Origin: Octopus vulgaris
Taxonomy: Eukaryota
Length of the DNA stretch: 64,000 nucleotides
Assembly (NCBI GenBank): GCA_951406725.2
Contig: OX597826.1
Span: 12,524,001 to 12,588,000, forward strand
Direction: 5' to 3'
In this document: positions 37,519 to 49,947 of the stretch, piece after piece
How the letters are laid out: the number at the start of each line of letters is the position of its first letter
How positions within the stretch are numbered: position 1 is the stretch's first letter
Made by a program: the position numbers and the translations under genes
Notes under the pieces: model-generated
What the model was told of the DNA's origin: nothing
The model's database searches: none
What the model saw: the letters and a program-made list of their open reading frames with translations, nothing else

Positions 37519-37555
<37 letters not shown>

Positions 37556-37800
37556 CATATAATATAAAGAATTTATATATATATATATATATATACATAC
37601 AATATAAAGAATATATATATATTCATATAATATAAATAATATATATATATACATATAATATAAAGAATATATATATATACATATAATATAAAGAATATAT
37701 ATATATATATATACATATAATATAAAGAATATATATATATATATATATACATATAATATAAAGAATATATATATATATATACAAATATAATATAAAAAAA
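37556..37800. repeat. Minisatellite, 8 units of CATATAATATAAAGAAT plus variable (TA)n
   Basis: Anchors at about 37556, 37595, 37624, 37652, 37680, 37714, 37750 and 37782. Confidence 0.9.
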
Positions 37801-37834
37801 TATATGTATATATATATATAAATGCATATATATA

Positions 37835-37957
37835 TTGGTCTGCTCGTTTAGCCAGCGGGGTGGCGTCATTTGAAGGCTAAAACAATGCAAAGCACATTGT
37901 GACCAGCGATGTGTAGCAGCATCTGATAGCCTGGTCGGTCACGGTGATCACGTTGAT
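37835..37957 (+). repeat. 120-bp structured dispersed element in TA-rich context, copy 2
   Basis: Reverse complement of 22368-22487 with scattered differences. Confidence 0.8.
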
Positions 37958-38017
37958 ATGCATATATATATATATACATACATATATCTACATACCTACA
38001 TATACATGCATATATCG

Positions 38018-38215
38018 GTACACGACGTCAAAAAAAAGTGAACAAAATGAAAAACGAGAACATAAAAAATCAAAAAACATGGAAAACGTCCCCTGTTTTA
38101 TCTCCTCCGCCTATCTCGGTTCTCTATTTGGTTCTTTCGTTGTTCGAAAATAAAAATTCGTTTTCCATGTTCTTGTTTTTCATTTTGTTCACGTTTTTTT
38201 TTTGACGTCCTGTAC
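38018..38215. repeat. Fold-back element with ~55-70-bp imperfect inverted arms
   Basis: gtacacgacgtcaaaaaaaagtgaacaaaatgaaaaacgagaacat..ggaaaacg versus cgttttccatgttcttgtttttcattttgttcacg(t)ngacgtcctgtac. Confidence 0.75.
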
Positions 38216-38299
38216 ACATATATGAAACTATATATACATATATGTATGTTCTTACAGCTATGTATATATGAATACATATAAAATACATACCTGTGTGTG

Positions 38300-38345
<46 letters not shown>

Positions 38346-38346
38346 T

Positions 38347-38400
<54 letters not shown>

Positions 38401-38821
38401 CATAGCTGAAATTATATTAGAAATGATATCTGAAAAATTTATGTGAAAAAGGAGATGAAAAATCTAGCAAAGAAATTGAAAAAGTTAGTTGAAACTATTA
38501 TCCTTGTATTTTGAAATTTCGTCGTTAAAACCCTTCTTTATTAAACGAGATTAAAGAAATGTAAAAATATGCCATCACTAGTAAAAGATACTATCTCGTT
38601 ACCAAGAAATGCACCGGAAAGAAGTTTGCCACTTTCATCCATTCTCCTTCAGTATCAAGATATATTGAATTATACGTTAAGATGTAAAATGTGCTACCTA
38701 CTACCGTTTTTTACTCCTTACGTTCACAATTGCGTCGTGCTGGTATTCTGCATTCCGAAACAGTATCTCACAGTAATCTATATGTATAGTTTCTATTTTC
38801 TATACATATATTTTTTTTTTT

Positions 38822-39035
38822 TTTTTTTTTGTACTTGTTTCAGTCATTTGACTGCGGCCATGCTGGAGCACCGCCTTTAGAGTGGTGAAAGAGTACAGCA
38901 GGGATCACCACCTCCTGCCGGAGCCTCGTGGAGCTTTTAGGTGTTTTTTCGCTCAATAAACACACACAACGCCCGGTCTGGGAATCGAAACCGCGATCAT
39001 CCGACCGCAAGTCCGCTGCCCTAACCACTAGGCCA
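38822..39035 (-). mobile_element. Chimeric SINE: family C head and body joined to the family B 3' tail
   Basis: On the minus strand: tggcctagtggttagggcagc...tgctgtactctttcaccact|ctaaaggcggtgctccagcatggccgcagtcaaatgactgaaacaagta. Confidence 0.85.
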
Positions 39036-39510
39036 TATATATATATATAATAGAAATATGTTACAAAAAGAAAATAGAAACTACATGTGGAAATATAAAG
39101 GGAAAGAAATGCACACCAATCAGTGTGCATTCAAAGCAATGATTAATAAATTCCGGTATGCTTTTAAATACAAAACCGGTATGCTTTTGAATCTTCTTTA
39201 ACAATTCACGATAATGACTTTTATTACTTTTATTCCCACCTCAGTTCATCTAAATGTATATACATCTATCGTTACTTTTCATAAAAAGCCTTTACTTGTT
39301 TTTTATTTCCAATGTGCATTTTCGCTAATTTTTTCTTCTTACTTTCTTCCCTGCAAGTTCCGAGTGTATCAGGCGTAAGTGCCAACGCATAAACATCCCC
39401 GAACTGAACTCACTCTGTTACTTCTTCTAAATATTAATGAAAAATATACGTATACTCATATTCCGGGTTTTATTCTTCATGTTTGCATCAACACACACAC
39501 ACACACACGC

Positions 39511-39543
<33 letters not shown>

Positions 39544-39778
39544 TGTATGTATATTATATGTGCAAAATATATAAATACGTACGACGCTATTGTGTAAAAA
39601 ATATATATTTATCATATTTGAGATATAAAAAAGAAATGATCACACATCCCTTAGTATTGATTATATTCATTAGTCGATTGGGCCGGGAATGAGATTGAGA
39701 AGTCGTCCGCTATTAACCTCAATCTAATAATGTGTACAATCGATTACTCTGTCGATTGCACGAAAATATTTCATCCAC

Positions 39779-40000
39779 ATGGCAGTGAGCTGGCAGAAAC
39801 GTTAGCACGCCGGGCGAAATGCTTAGCGGTATTTCGTCTGCCGCTACATTCTGAGTTCAAATTCCGCCGAGGTCGACTTTGCCTTTCATCCTTTCGGGGT
39901 CGATTAAATAAGTACCAGTTACTGACTGGAGTCGATGTAATCGACTTAGTTCCTTTGTCTGTCCCCTCTATGTTTAGCCCCCTTTAGGCAATAAGGAATT
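39779..40000 (+). mobile_element. SINE family A, full length
   Basis: Perfect 15-bp TSD aaatatttcatccac (39764-39778 / 40001-40015); B box gagttcaaatt. Confidence 0.93.
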
Positions 40001-40028
40001 AAATATTTCATCCACTGATCATATATAT

Positions 40029-40070
<42 letters not shown>

Positions 40071-40137
40071 TTGTCTGTCTTTATGTATATATATATACAT
40101 ACATACATACATACATATATAGGACGGTGTGGTGTAT

Positions 40138-40199
<62 letters not shown>

Positions 40200-42834
40200 A
40201 CGCCGTTCTTTCCGTGTACCACAATGTGTGAGATTCCTAAATTTTTTTTTTTTTTACCAGAAACTCCAATTAACTTCTAGAAACACAACGTACCACACTT
40301 TGCACACATTCTCGTCCCAATTAAGTTTCTTCGTGCATCTACTGTATAGGTGAATACCCTTAGATATATATTCATCAGATTCCATTGTTTTCCATTCTTT
40401 TCTTCCTTTTGCTGCACTTATTTTACATATTTATTTTAATGGTCTTGCATTTTATTATAGGTGTTGTTTTCCCGTGTCTTTTGTCTGGCTCAATAGCTTA
40501 TTGTTCACGAAAGCTTACTGATACGTGAATCGATTTCTGTGTCGCTATGTATGCATGGATATATCGTTGCTTCCATTCCAAAAACTCTGTTAATTATTTT
40601 CGTCTCTCTTCAGAACTTTAGAATAAAAACGTGTGTATTGCTGTTTTATACCGTATAAAAACCTTTAAAATTCATTCCTAATTATGTTTTTATATATAAA
40701 TAGGTTGCACACATATAAGAGCTGATTAATATTAAACTCTATTCACTTTAAATTCTATTAGATATGAATTCGTGTCTTGGTTTGAATCAATTCACCTTAA
40801 TTATGACTATGTTGCTCTCACGAATACTGTTAGTTACAATGAATTAAATTGTACTGATTTGATAACACACTCACATACAAAACAAGCCCACACACATAGA
40901 CACACTTACCAAACATGCATATAATCATATATTAATATATATGTGTGTGTACGTACATATGTAACGTATTGTTCCGTTATTGGTGTGATAAACAAAAATG
41001 TATTCGATCCAGCGAGATATAAATGCTTAATATATGCAGAATATAAATTCGAACAACTATGATTCAGCTGACGATTCAAGCTTGTCCGACAATCGTGATT
41101 TTCGCAGTCTGAAACTATTAGTAGCTCGAATTTAAAACCTGTACACACACACACTCACACACACACAAACACACACACACTCACACACACACAAACACAC
41201 ACATTCACACACACAAACACACACACACACACACTCTCTCGCTCTCGTTCTCTCTCTCTCAAACACACACGCGCGCACATACTCCCACACATTCATGCAC
41301 ACTTACATGCACACACACATACAGACGTATGTATGTGTGCATGTATGTGTATATGATTTTGATATAACAAGTATGGTAGTGGTTGTGGTATGATTCGTAA
41401 GGGACTGAGTTTGAAACCCTTTTTCCTTACTAGGACCAAGCTCCTGAAATTTCCAAAATATTTTAGGTGCAAAATAATTAGATACCAGTTATAAAACTGC
41501 TCAAATCTTTAAAAATATGTTCATTCTAAATCAAAAGAAGGCATCTTATAAGTGGAATATTAAATGATGTTCTTCATACAGAAATCAGAATACTAATCTT
41601 TGTTCCCCTTCTTTTTTAAGCGTTTGATCATAAATTGTGTTTTAGTATTTCTTAAATCTACCTCATAAGAGTATAAAGTCGACTTTGACAAGAAAATAAA
41701 TGCCTCTTAGCAATGTGTTGTGTGGTGCAACTTAGATTTCGATCTGTTGTGATTCAATGAATCCAGCGTATGAAATATTTCTCATTCAGCTGGAAGCAAT
41801 CATTTAATAGATAAATAATTGCACTACTGACTAATGCCAGGAATATAAACTACAAGAACATATTATAGCTCAGATGTTTGCCTTATGTGCGTATTGAATG
41901 TACGATATGATAAATTTTGGAAAAAGACTCTTTCGAATGATATCTCCCGAGGCACTTCCTTTATACTAGGAAAGAAGAAATATAAATGTTTATATGTTGA
42001 ATTCGTATCATTAAATGCTGCTTCTATCATATCTGATTTTCTTAAAGTCCTAGAATTGATCATTATTGATTTGTTTTCACCGGGCACATAGCCAATAATT
42101 ATATATAACATATAGTCAATTTAGTAGAGACCACTAACAATGTATGGTTGTGAATACACATATCTTTAAAATATGTTTTGTTACATCTCCCTAGGTTTTG
42201 AATTTATATCCCTTCCTGCATCATTCTTGAATTTCTATCACCGTAAAGGAAGCCGTCTGTTAAGCGTTAATAGTTAACAGTTGTTAAATTATAACCATTT
42301 TGACCCCAGCTACATTATTAGATCTGCTCTGCTGAAGTGATTGATATCTCTCTCACTTTATACTTTTGCAGTAATATACGAATGTTTCTATCATATCTAA
42401 CATGAAAGCAGCACAAGAAGACATGTATGGAAATTAACAGGTGTTAATAGGAAAACTGCGACACATGTTAATCCATAAATATAGACTTAGAGGATGTAGC
42501 AGTTTTAATCGTAACTTCAAAGCTTTCTAAATTTGGTAGACGGCCAAACCTCCTCTGAGAGACTTATATTCAACTCGACTTCATTAGTACAGTGGCACAT
42601 CGATCTCAGAAGAATGAAGGTCAAATTCTATTCAACATTCGTACACGGGATGTACAGTAGCTAAATACCGAATTAATATTTCTACCATAACAGAAATAGA
42701 ACTGGCTTTTCCATCGCATCGTTATGTTAATACATCTGGTTTATCCTACACCAACTTCTCCATAGAAGTCCGTCTAGAACACATGGTGTTAGCGAATCTT
42801 CTTTTGAATTTTGAATACACCAGGTAAAAAGAAA

Positions 42835-42866
42835 TAATAATAATAACAGTAGTAGTAGTAGTAGTA

Positions 42867-42917
<51 letters not shown>

Positions 42918-42941
42918 ATAATAATAATAATAATAATAATG

Positions 42942-43033
<92 letters not shown>
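42835..43033. repeat. (TAA)n/(TAG)n microsatellite
   Basis: Directly visible. Confidence 0.95.
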
Positions 43034-43034
<1 letters not shown>

Positions 43035-43780
43035 TGTAAATAATCTGATGCGTCGTCTTAATTGAGAATCTATTTATGAATGATTGTTTTGATGAAAGCA
43101 ATTTAAAAAAGGCTATGATATGAATTTAAATAATTTTTTCCTAAACTTCGAATATCTGGCTAGATTTCCATACACAATAGATTCATTACATGAATTAGAG
43201 TGTATCGATTAAAAAAATCTAATTTGGAGACATGTTAATATTTCATCAGTCATCAACAGGAGTAATTGACGAGAAATCTTCACAACTATTGAAATATTGC
43301 AGAAGCGATTCTATTTATAGTTTTAGTTTTTATATTTTTGTTTAGTCCTTTTCTTTTCTTTTAAAACTTTCATTAATTTCTGCGTATCTATAGTCCGCGA
43401 ATTTTCATTGCCTTTCATGTGTGGAACTTCGTATTAGAGCGATAGATAAAAATATGGTATATTCGCAAATAGTATTTTGCAGAAACTGAGTGACGGCTTC
43501 AGAATAATTTATTGTCTGTGTTAAGGGCAGTGTGTGGTGGTCTAACGCCAGATCGAGCAAACGTAATCGTATATATGGCGCACTACAAAACATTTATATG
43601 ATACATTTGTTTATTTTAAATACAATCTACAATTTGTAAACATTGTTAATAGTTGTTTTAAAACAGGACATTTATTCTTATTTGAAAGAAAAACAGCGCC
43701 CAAATTTATCTTATAATAAATGTGAAGGCTACAGAATTTGTATAAGAATAGTAAGAACCAGAAAGGCAAGAGAAGCATCA

Positions 43781-43980
43781 ACTTTATTTAGTTAGTTAGT
43801 TCTTTGGCTCAAAAAGCAAAAAGCAAGGCCATGTAGGGGGACATGGAGTTATGTACAGGGTGGTGTTCAGGTAAAGAGTTCAGGCCACTTGTGGTCAAGG
43901 GAGACGTTGAACCGAGCGGTCGTCGGCATCTTCACCATCTCGTCCGGCAGCTTATTCCACGAATCCGCAACCCGGAAAAG
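43781..43980 (-). mobile_element. CR1/L2-group LINE 3' end
   Basis: FRVADSWNKLPDEMVKMPTTARFNVSLDHKW matches the CR1-group C-terminal RVxxxWNxLPxxxV..FKxxLD motif; short 3' UTR and (AACT)n tail. Confidence 0.8.
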
Positions 43981-44629
43981 GAACTCTAAATGAATTGTAC
44001 AGATTAAAAGTAAACATCCGGTATTTTTCCTTATAAAGACGGGTTTTTCATTGGGTTCAGTGTTATTTTCTTCAGCGAAATTTACTCCTATTAACACATA
44101 AACATATGTAGCATCCTAACTTATAAGTACGGATTATCGTAAACAATAATCTTTAAAAAGAAAGACATTGATAAGATCTGAATGATAAGGCATAAAAGTC
44201 TGTAGTCCTACAGTTTACTGTTTGCAAGCAGCAGATATTGAAACGTCATATTGATTTCATTGCTAAAAACAATTTATATTTTGATAGGTTTTACAGGATC
44301 GGTTGAATGTGATTTTATGACGTCCATGCATCGTGTAACAGCATTGAAAATGAAAATATTGTTGCAAGCACCAGGATGTGTAGGCTTTATGTTGTTTCAC
44401 CTTGAACTTACCTCTAATTTACGATAGTCACATCTGACAATATATAATCCTTCTGGCCAGGCACAACTAACAAGTTTATATGCACGAATCACACTCATAT
44501 TAGTAGCAGCATATTATTAGCAATCGATTTTTTAAATATATAATGCCTGTATGAAAATTTTAATTTTAATTTAATATGCAGTTTGTTGAGATGAAACTAA
44601 ATCTTGTAATGTTTTGCGATCTCCGCTAC

Positions 44630-44909
44630 ATTTTTTTCATTTGTTTGACCGTGATCGAGACAATGGAATTTACCATGTTACGCCAGACTTCACGGTCCAT
44701 CATAGCACTATGGAAGTCCTGTTGCTGGATGCCTGTATCCTTGGAGATTACATAAGGGTAGGAGAGTGTACGCCCTCTGGTATCGCGAGCAGATGGCTTC
44801 CAGAATAGAAGAGTAGAAATTACCTCGTTTTCAGCTCTACAACAATGTCCAGCAAACTGGACTCTTCCACCTTTCACAAGAGATGATACAGGTGGTAATT
44901 TCCCATATA
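44630..44909 (-). mobile_element. RTE LINE 3' fragment, same family as 23169-23786
   Basis: RVQFAGHCCRAENEVISTLLFWKPSARDTRGRTLSYP..., highly similar to 23505-23775. Confidence 0.9.
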
Positions 44910-45929
44910 GTGTTAAATAAGATGGAAAACATTACTATTCTAAAGGCTTTACGACTCAATATAATATTCTGGCATTTAGTTCTCTAGTGTTTTCCAATGA
45001 TATTATGAAATATAAAGTTTAATATTAGCAAAATATTTCTGTAAAGTGTATAATATTAAAATCTGAGTACTTTCACTGCTGTATAATCTGATGCTCTCAA
45101 AATGCAAATCGTTAAAATCTATTTTATTTTCATCACTGCTAATTACTATTTCGTAAAGGGTATGAAATAGATTTAAAGTGCTATTTACTTTTTATTCAAT
45201 TAATAACGGGCCATATATTGCTTGCTGTTTCAATTTTCATTTAGCAGGCGGATGTTCTGAAGCCTGTAACTTCTCAGAATAATAATCACTTTATTTTTAA
45301 TGTTTACGATGATGTTACATTCACGCATTTTCGGAGGCCGGCTTTATTGGATTAAATCTACCTAGAACACGGACTAAATAGCACATTACATTTAGTTTCA
45401 TCCGCTTTGCATTTCAGCTGACAAATATGTCTGAATATAAAATATTGTTTTAGAAGTATTAAGGAGTATTTATATATTTCTCTACATATGCATGTGTAAA
45501 TGCTAACAAAGAATTCGGGAGCAATAATGTCTTTGGATATTGCAAAACATATCAAAGAACTATGCAGTGAGCTTATCGGTACTTTATTGTATTTCGATGC
45601 GTGTGACATATGTCTGTGTATTCGACGATTTAAGTCTTTTGAAGGTTTAATATATAGTCTTGTAATGAGTTAGAGAAATTTGTTTAATGTAAAATCTTAA
45701 ATCAGACGTAGAGAAGGCGTGGAAATACTTAGCAATGCTCGACTACACACAACGCAATTCAGTTATAAAAGCAACAGACGCCTGAATAATGATGGGCGTA
45801 AGATCTCCTTTATTTTAAAGAGTTCTGTTGCAGCAAACGGTTGTAACATAAGTTGTTGGTAACATGGTTCCTGGCAGCATATTCACAGGAGATTTTCTTT
45901 TCCATAGTAGACAGCGCTTCCATTTAGAA

Positions 45930-46215
45930 TATAGTTAAAGTTAAATAGTTAAAGTTGAGACAGTGTCACGTGACAACTTGCTGGGGCTGCCTGCTGGAGC
46001 CTTGCAGCAGGTATTTGAAGGGAAATTCGGCAAGACAGTCAGTCGCCCGCTAACACTCGTTGACGCTACATCGAAGAGGCCAGGGAACAGAAGAAAGGAG
46101 AAAGAAGATATGCACCCAACACCAGAGCTGAAGACACCTCCGAAAAGGAGGGCTACGCCACGTCAAAACGGTAAAGGAGTAGAGGCCGAAACCGGACGTG
46201 GTTCCTCCTGATGAT
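45930..46215 (-). mobile_element. Unclassified GC-richer retroposon 3' fragment
   Basis: GC-rich block ending on the minus strand in a short repetitive aactttaact tail; local similarity (cccaacacc) to the tail of the SINE at 47303. Confidence 0.35.
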
Positions 46216-47302
46216 GTCTTGAGCTAACTGCTGTGGTAGCAGACCACGAAACATGGTTGAAATTCCTTATTGGAAAATATTTTCTAACCTGTTTTGTTTG
46301 TAATGACTTTTAGGTGGGAATGTGTGTGCGCATAAGACTACTTGCAACTGCTGTAATGTATTTGGCTCTTTTGCTTTGGAAATATTAAGCCAATCAATTA
46401 TTAGAAGGCGGTGCGATATCCTGGCCGTTTCATTCATCGGATTGACTTGACTGGAACCTCTCGTCGTAGTAGCCGACAGAGTGCCAGCGAATGTATGAGA
46501 GATTTATTTGTTCCCAGTTGATCTTCCTAGAGGATCTCTCTCAGTATATCAAGCGAAGGTAGATTATGTTTTGTACAAAACAGCTAAAGTTCGATATTAA
46601 ATTTTGCAAGTGCATGTTTTCCCAATGGTTATATTTTGTCAATTTCTGCTTGCCCATTTACCCTTTTTATCTAACTTTGATAAAAATGTTATTCTTATTT
46701 GATGAATTTCGTTTTACTTAGTTGTGAATTGTGAAGTTCCTAGATTTCGTTTCTACATCTCGTTTCAGAAGAAGCTCATTGGTAAATCTCGGCGTATGAC
46801 CAATAGTAGGTAGGGACTAGAATCCCGAGTCAGACTTTTAATGTTTTTTAGCTATAGAATTCTTTTACAGAAAGTTAGATGGAAAAGGGGTACTTTGTTG
46901 TATTTTACACATAGGGTTTGAAAATACTGCCATAAATTTAAAGTTTGGAATATAGCTTGACGCTGATGTGTTCGTAATTTTCTGTCGCTTTACATTTTGC
47001 TGTGTTGATAAAAATGCGTTGACGGCAAGTCGTAGAAAGGGCAAGGAACTTTGCCGTTATGCAAATTGATTTCAAATCTAAAACCACTTTTATGTGACAA
47101 AGGGAATAGAATTTTCTTTTTTTGCATTTCTTTTTTTTGCTTTTTGTTAGTAATTTTGGAATTAGATTTGTATCAATGTAAGGTGTCTGAGATCAATTTA
47201 CTGATATTCGTAACTTGCTTCAGTTGAACATTTCTCACTCTCTAGTGATTTGAGTGTTGATGTCTAACTTTAGTAAGGTGTTAGACTATCGCTGTTGCTG
47301 CT

Positions 47303-47647
47303 TGCTTGTTTGTTGAGCGAAGCGGTCTTCGTCCTCTTGGGAGAAGTCCGAAACGTTGTCCTTTGCTATTCGTAAGACCCGCAGAAGAGAAAGCAGGTCA
47401 ACCCCCAACACCGAGACGGATGGAGGAATGCGCATCCAGGCTCAGCGGTTGCATAGGAAGTCGGAAGAGTGAGAGAAAGTTGGAGCGAAAGAGTACAACA
47501 GGGGTCGCCACCACCCCCTGCCGGAGCCTCGTGGAGCTTTAGGTGTTTTCGCTCAATAAACACACACAACGCCCGGTCTGGGAATCGAAACCGCGATCCT
47601 CCGGTCGCGAGTCCGCTGCCCTAACCGATGGGCCATTGCACCTCCAC
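47303..47647 (-). mobile_element. SINE family C with a third tail type, full length
   Basis: Perfect 13-bp TSD cgctgttgctgct (47290-47302 / 47648-47660); tRNA-like head; (AAC/AAGC) tail. Confidence 0.9.
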
Positions 47648-48499
47648 CGCTGTTGCTGCTAGTGATGACTACTTGTTGACTTATAATCACCCATATCTTC
47701 CTGCCACTGTCACTTGTATTCCACCAACGCTTCTGTCATAAAATCAGGAACCATTTTCTATTCCGTCTATATTAGCTGACTGGCAAACTGCCCTCTCGAA
47801 GCACACTTTTATTCCTTTCTAACCATGAAACTCAGCCTTACTCAGTATTTAGCCTGCTATCACTCTCTTTATCCTAATTAGATTCTTTGACAACTTTTAG
47901 ATATTTCGAATATTCCACTTGTACGACAACTATTACTTAAGAGCCAGATAACGCTTGACATCAGCTGTCTGGACGGAGTTTATCTATTCTATGCGGAAAA
48001 CTCTTGGAAGTATATGTGCTTTAGATTTTGTCTGCGATAGATATTGTACCAAGAAGGTCTTTCTTTTGTATATTTTAGTTCACATCTGTCAAATAGTTAA
48101 ACCTCATAATACCAAACTCGGAAAGGTATTTTATTAGTTGCGTTTCTCTTAGAGAGATTAATGATATAGGACGCAACTTACAGCTGTTCAAGAAGAATAA
48201 GTGTTTGGGTCTCACCGATCTTGGTGGGTCTGCGTAGAACACTGGCGTAGCTTCTTTCTCCTGGACATACGAATACAAAAAAAATATCAGTAAACCAACT
48301 GTCAAAAGTTACTCAGCATCAACTAAAAACTTTATACTACTTTATCATCGGCAGGCAACACTCTAAAAATAAAGAAAAGATACTTATGTGCAGTGCACTA
48401 TATGGCCAGTACGCTGTCTCACATCATAAAGTGCAGCTTGGCCAAATTGTTTGCCCAGAAGTAATATCCTACACATCTAGCCTTGTGCAAAACTTAGAA

Positions 48500-48900
48500 A
48501 ACAAGGCGCCCAACTGGCACAATCGTTATCACATCCAGCTGTACGTTCTGAATTCAAATGCTGCCGATGTCAATTTGCTTTTCATATTCGGATTCAATAA
48601 AATAAAGTACTGATCAGGTACATAACCTGATGTAATCGACTAAGTCCTCTGCCCTCCAAATTGTGACTTTGTACTAATATTTGCTATAAAGGTTACGAAC
48701 CGGTAGAACCGTTAGCACGTCTGCCAAAAATGCGTAGCAGTAATTATTCTGACTACGAGTTTAAAGGTCTCCGAGGTTGAATTTCTCTTTCTTTATTGGG
48801 GGTGAATAAAATAAGAAGCAGGTGAGCACTGGGTTTGATGAAATCGACTTAGCCACTCTGCTAAAAGTTGTTGGCCTTGTGACAAAATCTCAAGCCACCA
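48500..48900 (+). mobile_element. Two old tandem SINE family A copies
   Basis: gttctgaattcaaatgctgccg...aataaagtac and gttagcacg...ccgaggttga...gaaatcgactt...ggccttgtg. Confidence 0.6.
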
Positions 48901-49299
48901 TTTTTATTGCTATCATCATCATCATCATCATCATCATCGTCATCGTCGTCGTCCTCGTCGTTGTCGTCTTTCTGTTAGTGTTATTAACGTTGCGTTGTAG
49001 TTGGATCGTCGAGGACAGCTCACTGTGTTTGTTTCGCCGGAAAATCGCGAAGGTTTTGGTAAAAGTCTAGAAACCTTTTATAAACGGAAAAGTTAATGTA
49101 CTAAATATACCGTTCCGGATCGACAATATTTATTGTATGTATCGGTAATGTATAACACAGTTCGGAACGAAAATAAAGCAGTTAGTATAATAGGTAAGTC
49201 AAGAAACCGAGCATTCATAAGGCCGAAACTTAAACTACTTTTCAGGGTGTATAAATAACTGAAATTACAACATGCCACTCCTGAACGGGTGGGGGGGTT

Positions 49300-49432
49300 A
49301 ATTGAGGGCACTGGAGCAACGTTGAATGAAGTACTTTGATTCAGAAGATAACACAGCACCCAGTCTAGGAAACGAAATCACTATCTTATAATTGTGAGTG
49401 CAATACGCCTGATCACCGTGCCACACGCTCTC
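49300..49432 (-). mobile_element. Old SINE family D-like copy
   Basis: actggagcaacgttgaatgaagt...acacagcacccagtct..gaaatcactatctt..gccacacgc. Confidence 0.55.
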
Positions 49433-49748
49433 AGTCAGTGCAAGATATATTTCAAGTTTCTAAACATGGTATATCGACGATAATATATTCTTCATGATTT
49501 TCTTAATTTTGATATCGATTATCTCGTTGTTCTGTTATAAGACTTTGGAACAAATTTCACAGCAATTTTATTGTCTACGATAGCATCAGACTTACACATT
49601 CGGGCTAATTACGTTCTGTGAAAGATTGAAATTCGTTGATTACCGCAGTTAGGAGATAAGGAGTGACTGCGCTCATGGTTGCTTTAAGTATAGATATAGA
49701 TACATACGTACAAATATACACATAAATATGCATATACATGAATGTATA

Positions 49749-49947
<199 letters not shown>

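Noticed and set aside
37556-37800. CRISPR-like repeat/spacer array
   Set aside because: The spacers are only (TA)n, the context is eukaryotic, and there are no cas genes.
39323-39380. Candidate 17-nt microexon (branch-like GCTAAT, pyrimidine tract, AAG acceptor, GTAAGT donor)
   Set aside because: Weak acceptor, not frame-preserving, and no supporting neighbouring exons; RNA-seq would be needed.
46202-46265. Hammerhead-like CTGATGA...GAAAC-ATG-GTT
   Set aside because: Stem I is only 2 bp, the stem II base is poorly paired, and the motif straddles the edge of another repeat; probably chance.
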